A stretch of DNA of 5,082 bases from a virus: positions 1 to 5,082 of the IMG/VR virus record IMGVR_UViG_3300045988_004881; one strand, given 5' to 3'. The position numbers and the translations under genes were made by a program. Positions 1-4,155 of this stretch are shown here, in pieces. Below the pieces are notes generated by a model, which was given only the letters and a program-made list of their open reading frames with translations, did no database searches and had not been told where the DNA came from. Each line of letters begins with the position of its first letter. The first letter of the stretch is position 1.

Positions 1-840
1 ACTGGTTCCGATATTACTGCTCCTTTACTTGGTTATTATGGTGGTTTGGTCGCTGATCTTTCTTCTGTGACTGCCGCTACTATTAACTCTCTTCGTCAGG
101 CGTTCCAGCTTCAAAAACTTTATGAACGCGATGCTCGCGGTGGTACACGTTATACTGAAATTCTTCGTTCACATTTCGGCGTTGTTTCCCCCGATTCTCG
201 TCTCCAGCGTCCGGAATATCTTGGTGGTTCTGAAAGCCCTGTTATTATCAATCCTGTTGTTCAGCAGTCCGCGACCGGTGAAACCGGTGCCGCAACGCCT
301 CAGGGCAACCTTGCCGCTTATGGCCTTGCTTCTAGCACTTCGGCTAAACATGGATTTACAAAATCGTTTGTTGAGCATGGTATCATTATTGGCCTGCTTA
401 ATGTTCGCGCAGATCTCACGTATCAGCAGGGAATCCCGCGTATGTTCTCTCGCCGTACGCGTTTTGACTTCTATTGGCCGGTACTTGCTCACCTTGGTGA
501 ACAGGCTATCCTTAACAAGGAAATTTATGCTCAGGGTACTGATAAGGATGATGATGTATTTGGTTATCAGGAAAGATATGCAGAATATCGTTATTTCCCT
601 AGTATGATTACCGGTAAGCTTAGGTCTACTGATTCTCAGAGCCTTGATGTTTGGCATCTTTCTCAAAAGTTTGATAGTCTCCCTACGCTTTCTGCGCAGT
701 TTATTGAAGATAATCCGCCAGTGTCTCGCATTCTTGCAGTACAGAGTGAACCTCAGTTTATTATTGATAGCTATATTGAAATGAAATGCGCACGCCCCAT
801 GCCGGTATACGGTGTTCCTGGTCTTGTTGACCACTTCTAA
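1..840 (+). CDS. VP1: Major capsid protein VP1 (F-like), C-terminal portion. The reading frame is open from base 1 and continues from 4156..5082 across the circular junction. The full protein is about 555 aa.
   Basis: Frame 1 is open from position 1 to the TAA at 838-840. The M at 46 in the ORF track is an internal TTG and not a real start. Positions 1-99 are identical to 4984-5082, and the reading frame is continuous across that junction. The N-terminal part (see 4156..5082) carries the canonical Microviridae F/VP1 N-terminus. Third codon positions are strongly T-biased, as in the other genes. Confidence 0.9.
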   Translation, partial: TGSDITAPLLGYYGGLVADLSSVTAATINSLRQAFQLQKLYERDARGGTRYTEILRSHFGVVSPDSRLQRPEYLGGSESPVIINPVVQQSATGETGAATPQGNLAAYGLASSTSAKHGFTKSFVEHGIIIGLLNVRADLTYQQGIPRMFSRRTRFDFYWPVLAHLGEQAILNKEIYAQGTDKDDDVFGYQERYAEYRYFPSMITGKLRSTDSQSLDVWHLSQKFDSLPTLSAQFIEDNPPVSRILAVQSEPQFIIDSYIEMKCARPMPVYGVPGLVDHF

Positions 841-855
841 GCGAGGTGTTCTATT

Positions 856-1758
856 ATGGGTTTTCTCGGTAAATTTGGCGGTGCTATAATCGGTGCTGGC
901 GCTAGTTTACTAGGTGGTGTCTTAGCGAATAAACAACAGCAGAAACAGTTTAATGCTAACTATGAACTTTCTCATGATCAGTTGTATAAGCAACATCAAA
1001 TTGAAGTAGCCGATCTTCGCGCCGCTGGCCTTAATCCCATTCTATCTGCTAATGGTGGTAATAGTACTTTCGGTGCTTCTAGTGGCGGTTCTTATGAGAA
1101 CCTAGGTACTGCCGCGACTTCCGGATATATGGCCGCCCAGCAGGCTAGAAATCTTGAAATGCAGAATGAAGCTATTAAAGCTACGGTTGAAAAGACTCGT
1201 GCTGAAGCTTCTAACGTCTTACAGGATACGAAACTGAAATCTGCTCAGACCTCACAGGTTCAAGGTGAAACTACTTTGATACCACTCAAGGCTGATAATA
1301 TTTCTGCTCTTACTTCTCAGGCGAAACAGCAAACTCAGGTTTTTAAAATGCAGGTTAAGGTTGCGGATGCTAATATCAAGAAGATTCTTCAGGATATTGA
1401 AAATAGCATGCGTTTGACTGATGCTCAGGTTTCGGAGCTTGGTACACGTTCGGAAGCTAATATGGCCGCCGCTGGTGCTTCGTCTGCACTTGCGGCAAAG
1501 TCTTACGGTGAATTGTCACGATTGCAACAGCTTACACCGTATGAGATTGATAAGCTCGCGGCTGGTACTGCTGAAAATTTGGCTAGTGCGGCGAATCTTG
1601 ATGCATCTGCTCAACGTACTCTTGAAGATTCTTTGCGGATTAAGCTTGCGAATGAGCAAGAGCAGTCCGTGCAGGATATTAAAACTGGTCCCGCTCATCG
1701 TTTTGGTACTTCTATGGGTGAATTATTGCGCTGGATGCCGTTCAGTGCGTTGAAGTGA
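856..1758 (+). CDS. VP2: VP2-like minor capsid / DNA pilot protein (300 aa)
   Basis: ATG at 856, preceded by GAGGTG at 843-848 with a 7-nt spacer, and starting 16 nt after the VP1 stop. The N-terminus is a glycine-zipper hydrophobic segment, MGFLGKFGGAIIGAGASLLGG, resembling the phiX174 H pilot protein N-terminus MFGAIAGGIASALAGG. A long Q/A/K-rich region with predicted coiled-coil character follows (e.g. KATVEKTRAEASNVLQDTKLKSAQTSQVQ, QQTQVFKMQVKVADANIKKILQDIENS). Its position directly after VP1 matches gokushovirus VP2. Confidence 0.75.
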   Translation: MGFLGKFGGAIIGAGASLLGGVLANKQQQKQFNANYELSHDQLYKQHQIEVADLRAAGLNPILSANGGNSTFGASSGGSYENLGTAATSGYMAAQQARNLEMQNEAIKATVEKTRAEASNVLQDTKLKSAQTSQVQGETTLIPLKADNISALTSQAKQQTQVFKMQVKVADANIKKILQDIENSMRLTDAQVSELGTRSEANMAAAGASSALAAKSYGELSRLQQLTPYEIDKLAAGTAENLASAANLDASAQRTLEDSLRIKLANEQEQSVQDIKTGPAHRFGTSMGELLRWMPFSALK

Positions 1759-1764
1759 AAGGAG
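1759..1764 (+). promoter_or_regulatory. Shine-Dalgarno AAGGAG for the 38-aa basic protein gene
   Basis: Perfect AAGGAG, 8 nt upstream of the GTG at 1773 and directly after the VP2 stop codon. Confidence 0.7.
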
Positions 1765-1772
1765 TTTTTATT

Positions 1773-1889
1773 GTGAAACGTCGTAAACTGTCTAAGAAAA
1801 AGTCTCGTAAGATTTTCACAAAAGGAGCCGTTAACGTAAAAAAACGTAATCTCCGCGCTCGCCCTATGCGCGGTGGCTTCCGGATTTAA
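1773..1889 (+). CDS. Small highly basic DNA-binding/packaging protein (38 aa), analogous to phiX174 J and gokushovirus ORF8/VP8
   Basis: It is not in the ORF track because it is under 60 aa. GTG start at 1773 is preceded by a perfect AAGGAG at 1759-1764 with an 8-nt spacer, immediately after the VP2 stop. Translation is VKRRKLSKKKSRKIFTKGAVNVKKRNLRARPMRGGFRI: 17 of 38 residues are K/R and none are acidic. The stop TAA at 1887-1889 is 2 nt before the VP4 ATG, which suggests translational coupling. phiX174 J is also 38 aa and similarly basic. Confidence 0.7.
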   Translation: MKRRKLSKKKSRKIFTKGAVNVKKRNLRARPMRGGFRI

Positions 1890-1891
1890 TT

Positions 1892-2788
1892 ATGGCTTGT
1901 TATCATCCGATTGATTGCTGGCGTGTTCCTGACTCCAGCTCGAAATCGGGATATCGTATCGTGTTTGGTTCGCCTGCCTCGCCGCCTGCGCGAGGCGCTG
2001 AATCTTGTACTATCCCTTGTGGCAAATGTATAGGATGTAGGCTTGCGCACTCTCGGCAATGGGCAGTCAGGTGTGTTCATGAAGCGTCCTTGCATGATCG
2101 TAATTGTTTCTTGACTTTGACTTTTGATGATGCGCATCTTCCAGCTTCCGGATCTGTGAGTGTACGTGATGTTCAGCTTTTTCTAAAACGGTTACGTAAG
2201 GCTTTGTCTTATCAGAATATCCGGATTCGTTTTTTCGCTTGTGGTGAATACGGTGATAAAAATCTTAGGCCTCATTATCATCTTATTATATTTAATTACG
2301 ATTTTTCTGATGATCGGCAGTTACTTAGACAGACACCTTACGGCCCGCTTTATATCTCTGATTTTTTATTCCGCTTGTGGCCTTACGGTTTTCATACTAT
2401 TGGTAATGTTACTTTTAAAAGTTGTGCTTATGTAGCGCGCTATGTTACTAAGAAGGTGTATGGCAAGGATGCCCCAGCGCATTATAACGGTCGTACGCCT
2501 GAATTCATCACAATGTCGCGCAAGCCTGGGATCGCTCATGATTGGATAGTTAAGTATTTTGACGATGTTTATAATTATGACAGGGTTGTTCTGCCGGATG
2601 GTATGATTACGCGCCCCCCGGCGTACTATGATGATTATTTGCATTTGACGGACGCTGAAAAGTATGATATACTAAAGGCACAAAGAAAGGCGACGGTTAA
2701 GAATGAGTCGGTCACGCGCCTTCTTCAAAAGGAACAACATCAAATTGAGGTTGCTAAAAAGTTGATTCGACCGATCGAAGGAGACTAG
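1892..2788 (+). CDS. VP4: VP4 replication initiator protein (HUH rolling-circle endonuclease, phiX A-like), 298 aa
   Basis: Motif I is FLTLTF (nt 2108-2125). Motif II is the HUH sequence HYHLIIF (nt 2273-2293). Motif III, with two catalytic tyrosines in YxxxY spacing, is YVARYVTKK (nt 2429-2455); compare phiX174 A YVAKYVNKK. There is an N-terminal Cys cluster CGKCIGCRLAHSRQWA (CxxCxxC), typical of gokushovirus Rep. Confidence 0.95.
   Translation: MACYHPIDCWRVPDSSSKSGYRIVFGSPASPPARGAESCTIPCGKCIGCRLAHSRQWAVRCVHEASLHDRNCFLTLTFDDAHLPASGSVSVRDVQLFLKRLRKALSYQNIRIRFFACGEYGDKNLRPHYHLIIFNYDFSDDRQLLRQTPYGPLYISDFLFRLWPYGFHTIGNVTFKSCAYVARYVTKKVYGKDAPAHYNGRTPEFITMSRKPGIAHDWIVKYFDDVYNYDRVVLPDGMITRPPAYYDDYLHLTDAEKYDILKAQRKATVKNESVTRLLQKEQHQIEVAKKLIRPIEGD
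2777..2782 (+). promoter_or_regulatory. Shine-Dalgarno AAGGAG for the VP5-like gene, embedded in the VP4 3' end
   Basis: AAGGAG 7 nt upstream of the ATG at 2790. Confidence 0.65.
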
Positions 2789-2789
2789 G

Positions 2790-3083
2790 ATGAAAATTAT
2801 TTTTTGTGTTCATGATCGTAAAACTAATTCGTGTGCTCTTTGCAAAGAAGCCGCAAATATCGAAGAATTTGAGCGCTGGTTTGCGACTGTATTCCTTCGC
2901 GATCAGTCCATGTTTGCGCTTTATCCTCAGGACTATGATATTTATTCCGTTACTTCGCTTGATGATGAGAATATGACCATTCAGGATTCTTATCCGCCTA
3001 AGCTTATTTGTTCGGTCGATGAACTTTTCGACATCTTTAAGATTGCTCGTCCGAACCTTGCCCGAAGCTCGGACGAGGCCTAG
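2790..3083 (+). CDS. VP5-like small protein (97 aa), hypothetical; possible zinc-binding N-terminus and acidic C-terminus
   Basis: ATG at 2790 with AAGGAG at 2777-2782 (7-nt spacer) embedded in the 3' end of VP4, starting 1 nt after the VP4 stop. Its position immediately downstream of Rep is where gokushoviruses carry VP5. The sequence has C-x-H-x7-C-x2-C (CVHDRKTNSCALC) and an acidic tail, and it is followed by a terminator. Similarity to known VP5 was not verifiable by eye. Confidence 0.6.
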   Translation: MKIIFCVHDRKTNSCALCKEAANIEEFERWFATVFLRDQSMFALYPQDYDIYSVTSLDDENMTIQDSYPPKLICSVDELFDIFKIARPNLARSSDEA

Positions 3084-3117
3084 TTCTTCTCTTCTCTTTT
3101 GCCGTTCCCAGCGGCAA

Positions 3118-3156
3118 GCCGCTGATTCTTCCTCTCGTCAGCGGCTTTTTTCTTTT
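3118..3156 (+). terminator. Rho-independent terminator downstream of the VP5-like gene
   Basis: GCCGCTG (3118-3124) pairs with CAGCGGC (3139-3145) as a 7-bp GC-rich stem with a 14-nt loop, followed by TTTTTTCTTTT (3146-3156). An additional upstream CAGCGGC (3109-3115) could form an alternative hairpin with 3118-3124 using a 2-nt loop. The whole element sits in a polypyrimidine tract (3084-3100 and 3146-3162 are pure C/T). Confidence 0.55.
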
Positions 3157-3176
3157 CCCTTTATTGCCCTAGGGGC

Positions 3177-3255
3177 ATGGGGGGAAATCGCGCGGTTTAA
3201 CTGATTTTTGTGCTTGTGTTTTAACTATTCATGTCGTCCGCGAGGTTCCCCCCAT
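3177..3255 (+). repeat. Long-range 10-bp inverted repeat ATGGGGGGAA / TTCCCCCCAT (G6/C6) enclosing 59 nt, with a secondary CGCGG/CCGCG pairing inside
   Basis: ATGGGGGGAA (3177-3186) is the reverse complement of TTCCCCCCAT (3246-3255). Inside it, CGCGG (3191-3195) is complementary to CCGCG (3238-3242). The CCCTAGGG palindrome at 3167-3174 lies immediately upstream. Confidence 0.6.
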
Positions 3256-3269
3256 TATCAGCGCAGAGC

Positions 3270-3288
3270 CTGAGGCGGCCAGCCTCAG
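3270..3288 (+). repeat. GC-rich hairpin: CTGAGGC - GGCCA - GCCTCAG (7-bp stem, 5-nt loop)
   Basis: CTGAGGC (3270-3276) is the reverse complement of GCCTCAG (3282-3288). No T-run follows it. Confidence 0.6.
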
Positions 3289-3331
3289 ATAAAGCGTAGC
3301 TTTAACTTTAAAGGTTAGGTGATGTTATGTC

Positions 3332-3544
3332 ATGTACAAAGTACCTAGTTTTTTTAATCGCTTTATATTTGACGGTTTCGATCGTTGTGAGTATTGCCAA
3401 TGCGTTTTGTTTCATATTGACGACTATGTGTCTGTATGCTTAAATTGTGGTGCTTGTTTTACTAGTAGTAATCTTAAACCTACTAGTCTATTTGAAGATA
3501 CTTGTAGCGCGGATCCGCGCGGAAAGGAAGATCATGAAATTTAA
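3332..3544 (+). CDS. Hypothetical small Cys-rich protein (70 aa); candidate zinc-ribbon with CxxCxC...CxxCxxC; coding status uncertain
   Basis: ATG at 3332 with AGGTGA at 3317-3322 (9-nt spacer). The ORF stays open for 213 nt through an AT-rich region where stops would be expected. Cys positions are C19, C22, C24, C36, C39, C42 and C57, giving the CxxC-x13-CxxC spacing of C4 zinc ribbons. The stop TAA at 3542-3544 overlaps the VP3 start at 3534. It is on the same strand as all other genes, between the terminator and VP3. Confidence 0.3.
   Translation: MYKVPSFFNRFIFDGFDRCEYCQCVLFHIDDYVSVCLNCGACFTSSNLKPTSLFEDTCSADPRGKEDHEI
3507..3520. repeat. Perfect 14-bp palindrome GCGCGGATCCGCGC immediately upstream of the VP3 RBS
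   Basis: The sequence equals its own reverse complement. It ends 1 nt before the GGAAAGGAAG Shine-Dalgarno region of VP3 and lies in the last codons of the 70-aa candidate ORF. Confidence 0.65.
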
Positions 3545-3980
3545 TTCTCGCTATTCTGTTACCGGCGAAAAGCCGGGTATCACTTTTGATCAGCCATCGC
3601 AGACGCTCCAGTCATTTCGAGATGACGCGGACATTAACTGCATTATTGCGCGCTATGAGAATACCGGTGTTCTTGTTGATCCTACTGTACCCGTTTCTCG
3701 CACCCCTGATTTTGGTGATTTTTCTGATATGCCTGATTATCAGACTGCCCAGAATGTCATAATCGCGGCTAAAAATGCGTTCGATTCTCTCTCGTCTAAA
3801 GTTCGCGAACGATTTAACAATGATCCTGCCGCGTACTTTGATTTTGTTCGAAATCTTAAGGAAGGAAGTGATGAATTTGCTGAAGCCGTTAGCCTTGGAA
3901 TTGTTAACAAGCCTGTTGACCATTCTCATGAAGTACCTCCCGGAGCTTCTCAAAGTTCCGGTGAAAAAGTAAATTCTTGA
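3534..3980 (+). CDS. VP3: VP3-like internal scaffolding protein (148 aa)
   Basis: ATG at 3534 is preceded by GGAAAGGAAG (3521-3530), with the AAGGA core and a 5-nt spacer. The ORF-track start at 3447 is a GTG directly after an in-frame TAA and has no RBS, so 3534 is preferred. The sequence MKFNSRYSVTGEKPGITFDQPSQTLQSFRDDADINCIIARYENTGVL matches the gokushovirus VP3 pattern (PS.TQQSF...DIN.I...Y..TG) as far as I recall it. The protein is small and acidic, consistent with a scaffold. Confidence 0.75.
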   Translation: MKFNSRYSVTGEKPGITFDQPSQTLQSFRDDADINCIIARYENTGVLVDPTVPVSRTPDFGDFSDMPDYQTAQNVIIAAKNAFDSLSSKVRERFNNDPAAYFDFVRNLKEGSDEFAEAVSLGIVNKPVDHSHEVPPGASQSSGEKVNS

Positions 3981-4001
3981 CATTTACTAGACATTTACTA
4001 G
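3980..4001 (+). repeat. Perfect tandem duplication of the 11-mer ACATTTACTAG immediately after the VP3 stop
   Basis: Positions 3980-3990 and 3991-4001 are identical. TTGACA (3976-3981) overlaps the VP3 TGA and the first repeat copy. Confidence 0.7.
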
Positions 4002-4014
4002 CGGTAAAACGACG

Positions 4015-4050
4015 TCCGGCCAATTACACTACTTGATGTAATTGGCCGGA
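4015..4050 (+). repeat. Perfect 14-bp stem / 8-nt loop hairpin in the VP3-VP1 intergenic region
   Basis: TCCGGCCAATTACA (4015-4028) is the exact reverse complement of TGTAATTGGCCGGA (4037-4050). The loop is CTACTTGA (4029-4036). No U-tract follows it, since the downstream sequence is GTGACACCG, so it is not a canonical intrinsic terminator. Confidence 0.7.
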
Positions 4051-4155
4051 GTGACACCGTTAAACGGTTAATTCTTCACATCCTTTGAATAAGTTGTGAA
4101 TGATACAGCCTGTTGGCTTTGCCTTAGGGCGGTCATTCCAGAAAGGTTTATTGAT

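Noticed and set aside
46-48. Start codon (TTG, shown as M) at 46 for the capsid ORF
   Set aside because: The frame is open from base 1 and continuous with 4156..5082 across the circular junction. The TTG encodes an internal leucine.
122-607. 161-aa +strand alternative-frame ORF inside VP1 (hydrophobic, L-rich)
   Set aside because: It is the +1 frame of a T3-rich gene. Stops are compositionally excluded and hydrophobic codons dominate. There is no RBS. It is kept only as a weak lysis-gene candidate in the findings.
169-834. 221-aa ORF on the minus strand antisense to VP1
   Set aside because: It is entirely antisense to a confidently identified capsid gene. Its K/R/N/I-rich composition is what you get from reading the complement of T-ending codons. 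There is no RBS, and every other gene is on the + strand, as expected for a plus-strand ssDNA phage.
1516-1698. 60-aa minus-strand ORF inside VP2
   Set aside because: Short, antisense, no signals.
1421-1753. 110-aa alternative-frame ORF inside VP2
   Set aside because: L/R-rich, no RBS, nested in the VP2 coiled-coil region. It is a compositional artefact.
1886-2137. 83-aa minus-strand ORF antisense to the Rep 5' end
   Set aside because: Antisense to the conserved Rep N-terminus. Its R/T-rich composition is typical of noise.
2366-2644. 92-aa minus-strand ORF antisense to Rep motif III region
   Set aside because: Antisense to the catalytic region of Rep. No start signals.
3019-3204. 61-aa +strand ORF spanning the VP5-like 3' end, the terminator and the palindrome
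   Set aside because: It runs through the terminator hairpin and the polypyrimidine tract. It has no RBS, a low-complexity S/R/L composition, and it starts with an internal ATG of the VP5-like gene in another frame.
3248-3253. C6 run reminiscent of the CCCCC adjacent to the phiX174 origin nick site
   Set aside because: The flanking sequence does not resemble the phiX ori 30-mer. A homopolymer alone is not evidence. It is instead explained as one arm of the G6/C6 inverted repeat.
3447-3533. Upstream extension of VP3 to the GTG at 3447 as given in the ORF track
   Set aside because: The GTG immediately follows an in-frame TAA and has no SD. The extension would encode a purely hydrophobic leader, whereas ATG 3534 has a strong GGAAAGGAAG SD at ideal spacing. 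The extension also overlaps the candidate 70-aa ORF in another frame.
3775-3972. 65-aa alternative-frame ORF inside VP3
   Set aside because: +1-frame artefact, L-rich, no RBS.
3612-3983. 123-aa minus-strand ORF antisense to VP3
   Set aside because: Antisense to VP3 with a basic low-complexity composition and no start signals.
3976-4004. Sigma70 promoter anchored on the perfect TTGACA at 3976-3981
   Set aside because: No acceptable -10 hexamer at a 16-19 nt spacing (TAGCGG, CTAGCG, ACTAGC). The host and its promoter consensus are unknown, so it is left as a note under the tandem-repeat finding.
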